Below are positions 1 through 13,614 of a DNA stretch of 64,000 nucleotides, piece after piece (positions within the stretch are counted from its first letter, which is position 1; each line of letters begins with the position of its first letter). The DNA comes from Eledone cirrhosa. Lineage: Eukaryota. Location of the stretch: positions 241,676,001 through 241,740,000 of the forward strand of contig OZ024742.1 in assembly GCA_964016885.1 (NCBI GenBank). The letters are read 5' to 3'. The translations under genes were made by a program, and so were the position numbers. The notes below the pieces were generated by a model. The model searched no databases, was not told where the DNA came from, and saw only the letters and a list, made by a program, of their open reading frames with translations.

Positions 1-25
1 GTGTGTGTGTGTGTGTGTGCGTGTG

Positions 26-80
<55 letters not shown>
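1..80. repeat. (GT)n microsatellite
   Basis: Direct reading. Confidence 0.95.
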
Positions 81-82
<2 letters not shown>

Positions 83-984
83 AGATAACTGCAAAGTCAA
101 GTAATCTTCTTTGGAATCATTTATAGAAACTTTCGAGGGAATGATTCGAATTATGTTAACTGAGAGAAGAATAACAGCATAATACATTCTCTGGAACCAG
201 TAAGAATGTATTAAAAACAAAAATGTTTCCAGTGACTATTGTTTCAAATTGTATTTCGTATTTTGATTGTCTCTTAGTTATTAAATGAACAACTTTATTT
301 TATGTTTACGAAAGAAGGCTGAACAATTAACAGCAAATAAATTAACAAGCGCTTCCCTATTTTGAAACATAAGAGAAAGGAAATATTGAGTTAGTGAATT
401 TCAGAGTAGAGGAATAGTTTCAAGTAATGAAGTCCTCCTTTACATGCAACCAATGATAATGTACGATGTGAGTAATACTGTTCTTCTCATATGTGAATAG
501 TTCTAAAATGTCGGGGAAAATCCCACTAATATTTCGCTAGATATTTAAGATTCAAGTGAAGTAATTTATAGATCCCGAAACTGAAATTAATGTCAGTAAT
601 TAAGTCTTGATTATGTAAAGTTTTATCGGTGAATCAAATGAATTGTTGAATTTGATTTTAGACAATACTTGCCTTAGGAGTGTGTATGTTTAGAAATGTA
701 TGCAATTGTTTGTTAATATAGGGATCAAAAGAGGTGTAAGGTGTAGCCGTCTGAAAACTAATTTTATAACCCATGGTTATAAAATTAGTATCGTAAAGAA
801 TACACGAAGACAAGATGAAATGGTGAGAAATGATAGTTTAGATAACAAGTGGAATGTTTTAGTTTTATGGGTTTTCTTTTCCTCGAGATTCTTGTGAGAG
901 ATATTCCCAACGGAATATTCAGTACGGAGAGAGTGTGGAAGAAGGGGAGAAAGGGAAGAAGAGAGAGCTGGGGAGGAAGAGAGG

Positions 985-1000
985 GAGAGAGAGAGAGAGA

Positions 1001-1086
<86 letters not shown>
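985..1086. repeat. (GA)n microsatellite
   Basis: Direct reading; explains ORFs 849..1097 and 919..1248. Confidence 0.95.
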
Positions 1087-1089
<3 letters not shown>

Positions 1090-1743
1090 GGAGCTAGAGG
1101 TATAGAAATAGAGTGTTTCGTTTGGATAAGTAGACATTGGAGCTATACGTAAACTAAGCAACATTTGTTCCAGCCTTATAAGCAACATGTAGTTTACAGA
1201 AACATCTTTGTTGAGTAAATTATGTAATAACAATAGGTGAAGTTTCATATTCTAAAGTAATATACCTAAATTTACTAATATAGGGAGTATTACCATAAGT
1301 ATAACATTTGTAATTAAATCTTTTCTGGGACGATCCTTAAAATATCTATCTAATAAGCAAGTTTTAAGAACGGAACTCTTAAACCCTAAGCAAACCCCTT
1401 CTGAGATGAGCCTTCAAATGTTTATCTAATAAGCATGCTTTAAAAACAGAAATCTTAAAACTAAGCAAATATGAGATAATAAGGGACACAACACACTACA
1501 GATGCAATAGGTACCAGTAAATACGCACAAACAAAACATATATTACATGAATCAAATAGTCCCTAGTAAAAGAATGGGAGAATACATCATTAACAAATTT
1601 ATAAAACAGAACACAACATTCGTCACATCTATCCACAGTCTAACAATTAGAAAATATTACACCACCACCAGAATTAGAACTATCTGACTGACATGAAACC
1701 ACAACTTACACATCATAGATCTTACGTAGTCTACATAACCAAC

Positions 1744-2082
1744 ATATTGCAATATACAAGTTTCAATGAAAGCATGCAAGATGTAAACTTCGGGACTGTA
1801 ACTGTAACACAGAACACACAACAGTGATACCTTCCTGTTGGTTGTTGGTTGAGCATGGATTTACAAGAATAATTCATTACAATAAATTATAATACTGACT
1901 ACAACATGCGTCACATCTAACGTATTGCAATATACAAATTTCAATGAAAGCATGCAAGATGTAAAGTTCGCGACTGAAACTGTAACACAGAACACACAAC
2001 AGCGACACTTTTCTGTTAGTTGTTGGTTGAACATGGATTTACCAGAAGAATTCATTGCAATGAATTATAATACAGACCACAA
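1744..2082. repeat. Diverged tandem duplication, unit ~179 bp
   Basis: ATTGCAATATACAA.TTTCAATGAAAGCATGCAAGATGTAAA...AATTATAATAC occurs at ~1745 and ~1924. Confidence 0.85.
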
Positions 2083-2497
2083 AACAAAACTAAACAGAAA
2101 AACATTAATGGATAATCCTATTATCGTATATAAAATTACAGAAAATCAAGAACATTACACGTAGAAGATTTTTAATAGCAAAATGCAAACTTTAAAATAA
2201 ACAAAATACAGGAAATGTGAACTAAAGCTTAAAAGTAACAAAGAGATATATAATAAACAATTTTAAACCTGGTAATGATGATTTTATCAGTGACAGTATC
2301 ATTCCTCGGCTGCTTATCTACTTATTACAAAACGCGAAAAAGCTCGACCTGATCATTCATTCAGGAGAAGAGGTGAAATGTCTTGAAACTATAGTCTTTG
2401 AAATGTCATTGTTCCAGTCTAAACGTAGATTAAGAGAATGCGTGAATTCTTTATTAAAAACAAACAAACATTATGCACAGGCACATTCACGCACGCA

Positions 2498-2576
<79 letters not shown>

Positions 2577-2593
2577 CCACACACATAAATATA

Positions 2594-2738
2594 CCGTATT
2601 TCTCGGCGCCGAAAAAACACCCTAATTTTGACAACCAAAAATTTGAATAAAATAATAAACCTTCGGCCTCCAGGATGCGTGGTACATTTTTGAGACTTAT
2701 TTTAGGAAAAAAGTAATGTCTTCGACGCTGGAAAATAC

Positions 2739-2740
<2 letters not shown>
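2594..2740. mobile_element. MITE, pogo/Tc2-like (CCGTATTT ends, TA target)
   Basis: TA|CCGTATTTCTCGGCG ... CGCTGGAAAATACGG|TA terminal inverted repeats. Confidence 0.7.
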
Positions 2741-2797
<57 letters not shown>

Positions 2798-3391
2798 TCT
2801 GGAAATGTCACACATCAGAGTGGCTCTCGATACATGGTATGATGCGAAGTGGATATGTCTACATATCTATATCTATAGGTCCACTATCCCATTATTTTTT
2901 TTCTTTGCTTTCTTTTGTCCTTCTAACTATTCTGATTGGCTTATCACACAGACATCATACCATCAGAAAGATTTATTTTTCTGTTGCACATCCACCATTT
3001 TAAAATGATACTCTTAAATCGCGCGAAACAATTTTGCTGGTTTAAGAACTGATAACGGTGAAGATGTGTGTATGTGTAAACTTGTCTTGTACATCGCCTT
3101 TCTTTATTTCCTTCTTACAGTCATTTCTATGAGCCAACACACTTCTCCTTATCCTCCTTCTCTTTCAATCTTTTTTATATTTCTGCTGCCTGTTACCCAC
3201 CTTGTCGATTGTCTCTCTGTTGATCACTGGCCGCTACTCTCTGGTCTCTCAGGCACTTTTACCCATCGTTGTCTTTGACAGCATTTAGCTGTTTTAACGG
3301 CTGTTCTAGCGATGAGTTTTCTCATTTTATATGTATTCAAATACACACTCGATTCGTCTCGATCTAAGCCAACATTATTCTCTCTCATATG

Positions 3392-3456
<65 letters not shown>

Positions 3457-3457
<1 letters not shown>

Positions 3458-3602
3458 GTAATAATAATAAATTTGAAGACTTCCTTCGGTTACAACGTTT
3501 TTTGAAATATTTACTTCTGCGTTCACAGATTGACTTTTTTAGTTTCAGAAGATCTCGTTAAGGGTGAAAGCAGCGATTCTTTGTTTAAACTTTAATCTGT
3601 TA

Positions 3603-3610
<8 letters not shown>
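3457..3610 (+). mobile_element. Short non-autonomous repeat 'family C', internally deleted copy in (TA)n
   Basis: Shares both ends (AGTAATAATAATAAATTTGAAGACT... and ...GGGTGAAAGCAGCGATTCTTTG...TAATCTGTTATTTTAATA) with 16559-16944 and 28292-28469(-). Confidence 0.7.
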
Positions 3611-3651
<41 letters not shown>

Positions 3652-4795
3652 TATATATATACATACACATACACACACGCAGAGAAGTATAAGGATCTTT
3701 TTCTGCTACATCTTGAAGTTCAGTTTTTATTATTAATTTATTTATTTACTCATGTATATGTATTTATGCGCACATATATATATCTGCATACGTACATACA
3801 CACCCACATGCACCCGCGCACCGACACACATGTCTACACATACCGATAGACATATGTATACAAACACATACACGTCAATATATACGATACGTTATCTAGT
3901 ACATTTCTAGATGTGCATCTGAGCATGTATGCACTGAGTCTGCTATTTCAAATATAATCGGCAGAAATCATAAAATTAGCTTTTCGCGGGAGATTATTAT
4001 TTCTCATAAGCCTTGATTGAACTTACTCAATAGTTATTGGTGATAAAGTAAACGAATGAAATACAGAAAATTAGTCATTCGATTTGTGAATAACGTAACC
4101 TATTTTCATATAACTATCTGTATATGTAATAAATATGCCGTGTGAAACAGAAAGAAGAGTATTACATATAAGAACGTGACAGCAACATATTCGGGTAAAT
4201 TTCAGGAACAAGTGTCGTGATGTTGAAAACGTAAACACAGGCGAGAAACACAACAATATCAAATCTATCTGGGAAAAGAATGACTTCAAAGGTTAGAAAA
4301 TTTAATTTTTTTTCAAGGTTTTACTCATGCAGACATTGAAAGTTTTAGGGTTCCATATTATAATGAATGATAATTTGTTGGTGTTTTGCGGGGTGGTTTC
4401 TTTTCTTTTTTTGATGTCATCGAATTTGCCATTAAATTTCGCTGTCTTGTTATATTAGAAATATATTATTTGTTTTCTCTGTGAAATTATATTGCAGTTC
4501 TATGGAAGTTTCTTTCATAAACAAATATTTAAGTAATAAATTTCAAATCGATTTATATATTTTTCTGTAATTTCAAATCACAATTTTCAAGCTATATTTA
4601 TATGAATATATGGAGATTGTGTGTTTTAATGATATCGCAAAAGAATTATAAGAAGCGTTGTTCAAAGAAATATTTTATTATGATACATATAACAAGAGTT
4701 GAATTTGTAGTCCTGTAGACCTTGTAATTCATGTACTTTAAAAGTTATATTTAGAAATTCCTAACAAGAACCAGACATTATAATTTAATACATTT

Positions 4796-5004
4796 ATAAT
4801 TGATTCTACTTTTGGCACAAATAAAAGGCCAACAATTTGAAAGGAACGAAAAGTTGATTAAATCAGTTCTAGGACATTACCGGTACTTTATTCTATCGAC
4901 CCCATAAGGATGAAAGGTAAAGATAATTTCGGCGGGATTTGAACTCAGAACGTAAAGGACCATAACTATATGTCGCAAAGCATTTTGTCCGGCGCTCTAC
5001 CGAT
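4796..5004 (-). mobile_element. tRNA-derived SINE (octopus OR/OK-like, Meta-domain-like core), diverged
   Basis: Reverse strand has B-box GAGTTCAAATCC and core CCTTTCATCCTTATGGGGTCGATAGAATAAAGTACC shared with many other copies here. Confidence 0.75.
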
Positions 5005-5616
5005 AATGGTTTTTCTTGCCTGATGATTATGTTACCCAGAGTAGAACACTTCACACAAAACATTTTATCCAGAATGTTCCCTTAATTTCGGTTGATATTA
5101 GGAATTACGTTATGTTACTGTGAAAATTATATTCCTTTGTGATCGTGAAGTGAATGAATTCAATATATCAGGAGAGAGAGCAGAGAAATAACATTAGAAG
5201 AGTAATGAAATTGAAAGAAATGGATACGATAGCAGAGAAGAAAAAAAACTAAAAGAGGTACAAAAAGGCAAGAGATGGTTAAGATAAAATACAAAACTCC
5301 AACTCTCCTGAGGATTCAATCATTCGGTCTCTTTTGCATCCTGCTGAAAACGCTTTCTTCTGTATTTGTACCGAGAGGAGATAGGATACATAATAGAACG
5401 AGTTCACTTTTAAGTTTTTTATTGTTGTATTTGTTGCTGTTGTTGCATAACTATACTTTATTATAGAAAACCTTGTCATGTAGTGAGATTTTAGAAATCA
5501 TTCACCTTGAAATTGCAATAATAACATTTTCTGTAATAGATTTCCTCGGTTTGTTTTAGAAGGAAGCCATTGTAAAACATATATCAATTATAAATGCTCG
5601 TAGTCATACACACATA

Positions 5617-5721
5617 GTGGAGGCACGTGGCCTAGTGGTAAGTGTGTTGGACTTACGATCATAATGTCGTGGGTTTCGATTCCTGGGTTGTGTTGTTGAG
5701 CAAACACTTCATTTCACGCTG
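5617..5721 (+). mobile_element. Second tRNA-derived SINE family, 5' part
   Basis: A-box TGGCCTAGTGG, B-box-like GGTTTCGATTCC, then TTGAGCAAACACTTCATTTCACG also seen at 49310-49439(-). Confidence 0.7.
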
Positions 5722-6601
5722 CGTACGTGTCTCTATGTATGTGTCTGTATTACATTGCTGTAAATGTGTAAGAATATTATGGTTTTCTAACGGAATGTCA
5801 CATACTTCATTTAATATACACACTGATATATGTTTTATTATTGTTTGAGTGTTTTTGTTTCACAGTTTAAACTACTTTACAAGCCACAATATACCCTATA
5901 CCATACAGCAACATATCCACCTAATATTTAAAAAAAAATTGTCGTAATAAGATAACAATATAGGTATCTTATCATACACTAAAAAGTGCATTAGGTGCAG
6001 CGTTAAAAGCGTGAAAGTTCTAAACATTTGAGAAGAAAGCACAACAACGTAGCTATCACTATATCTATCATAATCTATTTAAAATATCCGAGATTACAGC
6101 TGAAAAACAAAAAATAATGAATGGCCTTTTTTGAAGTTAGACATCATCGTTTTAAATTCATATTTATATATATCTCGCTTCACCTATATATACATTCTGA
6201 ATGAAAGGAAATGATCATTATTTGCAGATTGAGTTCTTTTCTGTCTATTTCTTTTTAAGAATTATCAGATTATAGTACTAATAATTTCTTTGGTTAACTT
6301 TTTTTTAAGTACTTGTTTCTGTGTTTATTGGTGTTTATGTTTTGCTTTTTGCTTGGGTGGGTAGTAGGGAGTAAATTTCCTTTCTGTATGTTAATTTGAT
6401 TATTTTGTCACAACCTACTATTTGTAAATAGATCAGTGACTATATCTAACGACAGATCAAAGATGGCGGTTTTCTTTTAGTCAAGTAGTTGGTAATGTAT
6501 GTATATATGATTATGCAAGGATGTTCTAAAATGTGCATGAGTACATATGCGAGGGAGATATTAGCGTTTATATATATATACATATATATATACACACACA
6601 T

Positions 6602-6697
<96 letters not shown>

Positions 6698-7007
6698 GTA
6701 TAAATATATGTGTGTATGTAAAAATACACATACGAGAATATTTGTGTTGATGTCCGTTTGTTACGTACGTACATAAATACATATAGTTATAATTTCACAT
6801 ATCAGCATAAACATACATATATCTCTCTCTCTCTCACACACTTTCTCTCTTTTCTCTCCCCCATCTCTCTCTTCTTCGTTCACCACCTTCCTCTCTCAAT
6901 CCTTCCCTCTCTGCCACTATCTATCTATCTGTCTGTCTACCTATCTACCTATGCACATTTATATACACGAGTGAGCGTGAATGTCTATATAGGCGGGTTT
7001 GTGTGTG

Positions 7008-7088
<81 letters not shown>

Positions 7089-7091
7089 GTG

Positions 7092-7127
<36 letters not shown>

Positions 7128-7739
7128 TGTGTGTGTGTGTGTATGTGTGTGTGTGTGTGTGTGTGCGTGAATGTGTGTGTGTGTGTTAAGAAGTAATTGC
7201 TTATCTGTACGTATATATGTTTTTATTCAGAAAATTCTTAGATATGCGGAGGCTACGAAGTAGTGAAAATGAATGATGCAGGGGTACTGAGTACGTGTGT
7301 TGTACCGATAGAAGTACCATATGTAGGCCAGATGGTGGTCAAGGAGTAATGAGTTAGCTCTGCTTCAATTACCAACCGTAGTCACGCGTGAAATACAAAA
7401 TAAAGGGCGAAGGAGCTATAGCTTCGCGAAAGTTTGCATTCTACTTACTGAAATGGGGAGGATGGGCTTTACACACACGCTCGCACACGCTCGCACACGC
7501 TTGCACACACACACACACACGCACACACACTCATATATATGTATATATGTATATTTATTCACACATACATACGTGCATGAATACACACACGCACACACAC
7601 ACACACACGCGCGCACTTATATATATATATATATATTCACACATACATACGTACATAAATACACACACGCACGCACACACACACACGCGCGCGCACGCAC
7701 ACACACACACACATCACATATGTATGTATATATATATAT

Positions 7740-8033
7740 ATATTTCGTTTCTCAATTTGTTTAGCAAGATTCTTTATCTGAAATCGTGTGTTGAAACCGA
7801 TATTGTTATACTTTGGGAGGGTCATGTTGCCAATAAGAAACACACGCACCATTGCTTTCACTTCAATTTATTATAATAAATTTATAATAAATTTATAAAT
7901 TTATAAATTTCTGGTTGGTTGGTTGGTTCCACAATCAGATAGTTGTTTATATATAGTCATAGTTCTTTCGTCACACACTCTGTGACCTCTTCAGTGACTG
8001 GGGATTCCTTTCTTTGTTTCTGTGCCTCTCCTT
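7740..8033 (-). repeat. PLE 3' pseudo-LTR
   Basis: Near-identical to 11816-12100. Confidence 0.93.
7955..7999 (-). ncRNA. Minimal type I hammerhead ribozyme in pLTR
   Basis: Reverse strand AGTCA-CTGAAGA-G-GTCACA gagtg TGTGAC-GAAA-GAAC-TA-TGACT; stem I AGTCA/TGACT, very short stem III. Confidence 0.8.
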
Positions 8034-8199
8034 TGTTCTGTCCTACGCCATTTTGTTTCTGTGTGTGTGTTGTGTGCTCAGTCTGCGCATGCGCCACATC
8101 CGGGTGTCTGTGTGTGTTTATGTTCATTTATTTATTTGTTTATTTACATGTTACTGGTTGGTTGTTTGTTCTATGTGTGTGTCTGTTTTCATTTTGTTC

Positions 8200-11100
8200 T
8201 TAATTGTAAGTTGTGATGTTGCTGTTCCACTCATATTTTCTATTTAATTTTGGTTGTAATTCTTTTATGTTTATTGCCTCTGTAATTTGTCTAAACATTG
8301 CGTCTTTTCTGTGTGTAGATTCTATTTTTATTTCTATGTTCTCTAATTTACCCTTGTGTTCTATCTTAGCATGTTGGTATAGTACAGATGATTCTTTATT
8401 ATCTTGAAGGTCTCGCCAGTGTTCATTTATCCGTTCCCCTATACTACGAGCTGTCTCACCTATGTACACTATATTTTTGTTTCTACATTGTCCTTCAGTA
8501 CATCTTATGCTATACACTACATTTCTAGTTTTACAGTTAATATGGGGGCTTATTTTACAGGTTATACATTTCTTATCTATACATGAGGGTCTTTGAAAAG
8601 GGTATGTCTTGCTAATAAGTGTTTTTGCGGAGGTACCTGGTCTTTCTACTATCTTAATATTGAGTTTATGTTTATTTAGGGCCCTTCTAAATTTGTAAGC
8701 TAATTCACCTCTAGGGGTTGTATCGATGAACATTACACTCTGGTATTTATTGCTATCATACCATGAGTTTATTCTATTAGCCTTGTTCCTAGTTCTTTCT
8801 ATTCTATTCCAAAATTTGCTCCTATACAAGGGGCAGGTCCCGTTTATGTCATTATTTATCATTTTTTCCCATTTGGTTCTGGCTCCTCTATACACTCTGA
8901 TTTTATCTCTCTGATTGTAGCCAGAGAACTGCATACGGTGGATGAAGTGTTGTATGTGTCTCTCTAGTTCTTCGGGGTTGCACATGCGGGACACATTTCT
9001 CATCACTCGTACCAAATCCGCAATCAGTATGTTGATTTTGGTATGGTCCGAAACGGCCGAGTTTCGGTGGATCAGATGTTTGGAAAGTCATGGGTTTGGC
9101 ATAATGGGAATGGAGGATTTGTTTTTGGTTGTTAATGGTATCTAACCCGAGCTCTGTGTCTAGTACAGGTAATCGATGGTTGGGGTGTTTACTTGGGTAG
9201 TCTATAGTAACTCTAATGCTCTGGTGGATGGAGTTTGCTATTTGCTGGATGCTTTCCATTGTGTTTTTCTCTAGTTCCTGACTGTTCTCTAGTAGGGGTG
9301 TCTTAACTACGATGTTTATATCATCAAAGTAGCGGGAGTACATTATCAGGGTTAAGGGGTCTTCTAATTGTTCTTTAAGTTTAAGTTTAAGTCTACTGTC
9401 CCACCATACCATGAATAAGTTAGCTATGTCGCCTGCAATGCTGACACCAATGGCTGCTCCTTCCTCTTGGGCATATGTTTTTCCATTAAATTTGAACATA
9501 TGTTCCTTAAGGGTTAGTTTTATTCTGGCCCCTACCACATGTGCAATCATTTTCTTCAGTTCATCGTGGTTTTCAGGTGTCCGTATGGCTCTGGTCCACC
9601 CGTTCCATCTATCTGTGTGGGTTTTCTTGGCCATTGAGGTAATGGTAGGTGGTCTGCCTCTTGTTGGTCTTGTAGGGCACAAGTTGCTAAGGTCATATGT
9701 GTCTAGGTAATTATTACTATAGGTAAGCTTAAGTAGGAGTCCCAGCTCACTGGTATCAATCCCACGGACCTCAACCTTGCTCTCACTGATCATTTCTACG
9801 CATTTCTCCACAGCAAAATCCACGTCAATAGATGGATACAGGGACACAACATCCATACTGCCTATTATGCAGTTTGTTAGGTCCCTAGATCGGTTACTCA
9901 CGCCGATTCTGCTGAGGAGGTCCTCCGTGCTGTCACATACATCTGGGGACATTTCAGTGATGGGGCGTATGATCAGGGAGAGGAAGTAGGACAGTCTGTA
10001 GTTACTTGCAATGTTAGCTCCACAGACTGGCCGTGTTGGTGGTCCCGCGACAGGGTCACTGCCCGTTTTATGGTCTTTTCGAAGCCCATACAACGCCGGC
10101 ACGTCATTGTTCCAGGCCTGGAAGTTGTTGGCAGTCCTTTTGTTGGGATGCATTATATTCGTCCACATCACCATATGGGCATTGAGGGCTTTTTCTCTAT
10201 CCTCATGCTCCTGTGGTGTTACCTCTCTTGTGTTAGTGATGTGGGGTTGCATTGCCTGGATGTAGTTTGGCAGGCTGTCAACCGACATTCTGCCAGACTT
10301 GTCTGTTGGAAAGCATGCTATCTCTCCATTACGTGAGCGCTGCATGAACTTACGCAAGCCATTTGCAGATTTTTCTCCCAGTTGCTGGGCCTCCATTCTA
10401 TTATGCTTCTTGCTATACTGTTCTATAATATTTCTAAGTTCGGATCTAGCTATACTAAATTGTGCTTATGTTTGTTCATCGACCTGCGACGGCAATTGCG
10501 TGCGTTTGTTAAATGGTAAAGTCGTGGCGTGGACTCGTCGCAGGTCGAACGATTTATCGGAGGGATTATAAAACGCAGAGTTCCAGGCTGCTGCTTTATG
10601 TGTACTAGTGCTATTGTTATTGTTAGTTGTGTTGTTTCTATTTCTATTTCCACCAACAGCCTCATGGTTGTTTCTATGTCTCTCATAATTACTCCTGTCT
10701 CTTTCCACTGGCTCATTGTTGTTATCTACCCTATTTTGTGTGTCTGTGTGTTCGTCTTGGTTATTCTCTTTGTCCTTAGTCTCCCTTCTCTTTTTAATCC
10801 TATTACTTTCCCTTATTTCTGTGATTTCTCTGCTACTGTCATTACTTGTTTTCTGTGTCTGTGTGTTTGTTAAGATTGTGGTAGTGGTGAGACGCATTGA
10901 ATGTGTGTGTGTTGTTGTTGTTGATGTGTGCTGTTGTTGATGTGTGTTGTTGTTGTCTCCGTGTGTGTTATTGTTGTTGTGTGTGTTGTTATTGTTGTTT
11001 GTGTCTGCGTGTCTGTTGCTGTTGTTTCTGGGTATGTTGTTATTGTTGTTGTTGTTGGTGTGTGTGTTGTTGTTATTGTTGTTTGTGTCTGTGTGTCTGT

Positions 11101-11926
11101 TGTTGTTGGGATGTGTGTTGTATATGTGTGTGCGTATATTGTTGCTTTTGTTTTTGTTTTTGTTTTTGAGGCTCCAGCGTAGTTTTGTAAATGATTTTTC
11201 TATTTCTGACAGACACCTAATCATATTTACCTTCTTGAATGTCGCAAATTTCGGGGGTAAACACAACACAGATAACTCGTCATTATCTATTATTGTGTTA
11301 CCATATATATTTGTGTTGTTGTTGTTGTTGAACTCATCTGTTAATGAGGTGTCGGCCATATTTATACCGTCAATTTTGTCGGGATATCTATTGGTATTCT
11401 CTATAGTATCCTGATTTAGCTTTATCTGCTTAAGCCACTTTAGTTTCTTGTTAAAGTGCTTATCACATTCTTGAGTAATGTACTGTTCTTCAGGGCGTAT
11501 AAGGCTTATAAATATTAGTTTCTCTCTTGGTGTGGTGATCCTAGCTATTTCTTGTATTAGGTTACGCTTATGTTTTTCTTGATGACTTAATTCTCTATAG
11601 ATCTTCTTTTTTATGTTTAGAATTAATGTTCGTTTTAGCCTATCTGCTTGTTTTTTGGTGAGTTGTAATCTTCTAACGTCGGTGTTGATGGTGTTGGTGT
11701 AAACTCGGGACGAGGCACATTCTTTTATGAAGTGTAGTTGTCGAGATGTTATGGTTTTTCGTAGACAACAGAACATGGTGGTTTTCAGTATCTTGTTAGC
11801 CTGGCTAAGGCTTACGATATTTCGTTTCTGAATTTGTTTAGCAAGATTCTTTATCTGAAATCGTGTGTTGAAACCGATATTGTTATACTTTGGGAGGGTC
11901 ATGTTGCCAATAAGAAACACACGCAC
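8200..11926 (-). pseudogene. PLE polyprotein (N-terminal region + RT + GIY-YIG), one in-frame TAA at 10466-10468 and a frameshift near 9082
   Basis: ORF 10466..11926 is in frame with 8903..10396 across one TAA. RT motifs TDKSG, LYGLRKDHK, RPVC, SMDVVSLYPSID, GAAIG, RYFDD, LPVLD. EN motifs CKTRNVVYSIRC, YIGETARSIGERINEH, LNRKYEW in 8200..9015. Confidence 0.93.
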
Positions 11927-12100
11927 CAGTTGCTTTCACTTCAATTTATTATAATAAATTTATAAATTTATAAATTTCTGGTTGGTTGGTTGGTTCCACA
12001 ACCAGATAGTTGTTTATACATAGTCATAGTTCTTTCGTCACACACTCTGTGACCTCTTCAGTGACTGGGGATTCCTTTCTTTGTTTCTGTGCCTCTCCTT
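11816..12100 (-). repeat. PLE 5' pseudo-LTR (overlaps ORF start)
   Basis: Near-identical to 7740-8033. Confidence 0.93.
12022..12066 (-). ncRNA. Minimal type I hammerhead ribozyme in pLTR
   Basis: Identical to 7955-7999. Confidence 0.8.
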
Positions 12101-12201
12101 ATATATATACAAATACACATTTATTCGAACCTGAAACATCAGTTGTCAGCTTTGAGCTTCTCGTTTTCGTTGTTTGTAACAGTTCTCGTTTGCTAGAATA
12201 A

Positions 12202-12290
<89 letters not shown>

Positions 12291-12584
12291 TTCACCCCCC
12301 TCTCTATCTATCTATCTCTCCGTTTCTCACTCCTTCCTTTTCTCACACACTCATATATGGACATACCCATATAATTTCTTGATTGGGATTTCGATTGGCG
12401 ACTCTTTATACAACCTCTGAGGTGAAGAACACTAAAATGGGCCACCCAATCTTCAGAATCGGGTGAGGTTGAGAATAAAAAACAAATAATAGTTGCAGTT
12501 GAATGGCAGTGGTAAGAATTTAGAGTGGACGAGTCTATGTGTATGTAGTAGGGAACACATATATTGTCATAAATAATTCGAAGT

Positions 12585-12872
12585 TGGAAAGCCACGACAA
12601 TGCAGATTTGGGCGGAGAATAATTAAATCGTAAGAAACAGGGCTTGTTTTTGTTTTTTGTTACCTTACTTTATTCATAAGTCCTGATATTTCGAGATTAA
12701 TATCTCTTCTTCCGAGGTAAATAAAGGAACTATTTCAGTGTCCGATGTGGCTTGCTATACCATATTTTTCTCGAAATATCAGAAGACATGAATAAATTAA
12801 GGTAAAAAAACAAGCCCTGTTTCTTACGATTTAATTATTCTCCTTCCAAACCCGCATTGCCATGTGGCTTTC
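12585..12872. mobile_element. Diverged inverted-repeat PLE-type relic with degenerate hammerhead (12682-12717, -)
   Basis: Arms ~12585-12695 and ~12768-12872; reverse strand CCT-CGGAAGA-A-GAGAT atta ATCTC-GAAA-TA-TC-AGG (core U4 mutated). Confidence 0.65.
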
Positions 12873-12936
12873 ATACTTTTAATTCTTTATACCTTATACA
12901 ATGCTTCAAGTAAACTACAAATTCCTTCAGTTATTG

Positions 12937-13283
12937 TTATATTTAGGGATGATCATCTTGCCGATATAAAACACGCACACTATCCATTTTTCACTTCAGC
13001 TTTATTATTAGTTATTAGTTAGTTCGTCAAAGCACTTTCTTCACACATTCTGTGACCTCCTCAATGACTATTTGTTCTTCTCCATGTACCCTCTTTGTTT
13101 TGGCCTAGATGGAGAAAACGGATTGAGAACAAATAGAAGAGGAGACATGGAGAACAAATATTCATTGATGAGGTCACAGAATACGTATCGAAAGAGCTTT
13201 GACGAACTAACTAATAACTACCAATAAAGCTGAAGTGAAAAAAAGAATAGTGCGTGTTTTTTATGACCTTATCCTAATATAAG
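12937..13283. mobile_element. Inverted pair of old pLTRs related to the 7.7-12.1 kb PLE
   Basis: Arms ~12937-13100 and ~13128-13283 share ACACGCAC..TTTCACTTCA and TCACACA.TCTGTGACCTC.TCA.TGACT with the PLE pLTR; degenerate hammerhead TTGATGAG...CGAAAGAGCTTTGAC at 13161-13203. Confidence 0.75.
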
Positions 13284-13387
13284 AATTTTGGTTGTTAGAA
13301 GTTACATATATTTATATATAGACCTATATGTATAAATACATATATCTATATTTATCTATCTATCTATTTGTCTATCTATATGTATAT

Positions 13388-13519
13388 ATAATAATAATAA
13401 TAGTAGTAGTAGTAGTAGTAGTAGTAGAAGAAGAAGAAGAAGAAGAAGAAGAAGAAGAAGAAGAAGAAGAAGAAGAAGAAGAAGAAGAAGAAGAAGAAGA
13501 AGAAGAAGAAGAAGAAGAA
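13388..13519. repeat. Compound (ATA)n(GTA)n(GAA)n microsatellite
   Basis: Direct reading. Confidence 0.95.
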
Positions 13520-13578
13520 ACAGCAACAATTGTAATAAGAGCAGCAGTAGAAACAGCAGTTGTAACAGTAGTAGCTGC

Positions 13579-13614
<36 letters not shown>

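Larger units (their letters stand above)
7740..12100 (-). mobile_element. Near full-length Penelope-like retroelement with two pseudo-LTRs, inserted in (TA)n
   Basis: RT followed by GIY-YIG endonuclease; ~290-bp direct repeats 7740-8033 and 11816-12100, each with a hammerhead motif; TA repeats on both flanks. Confidence 0.95.

Noticed and set aside
10466-10468. In-frame stop in the PLE as a selenocysteine/readthrough codon (as in Naiad PLEs)
   Set aside because: The codon is TAA, not TGA; the endonuclease is C-terminal; no SECIS was recognised. A point mutation is more likely.
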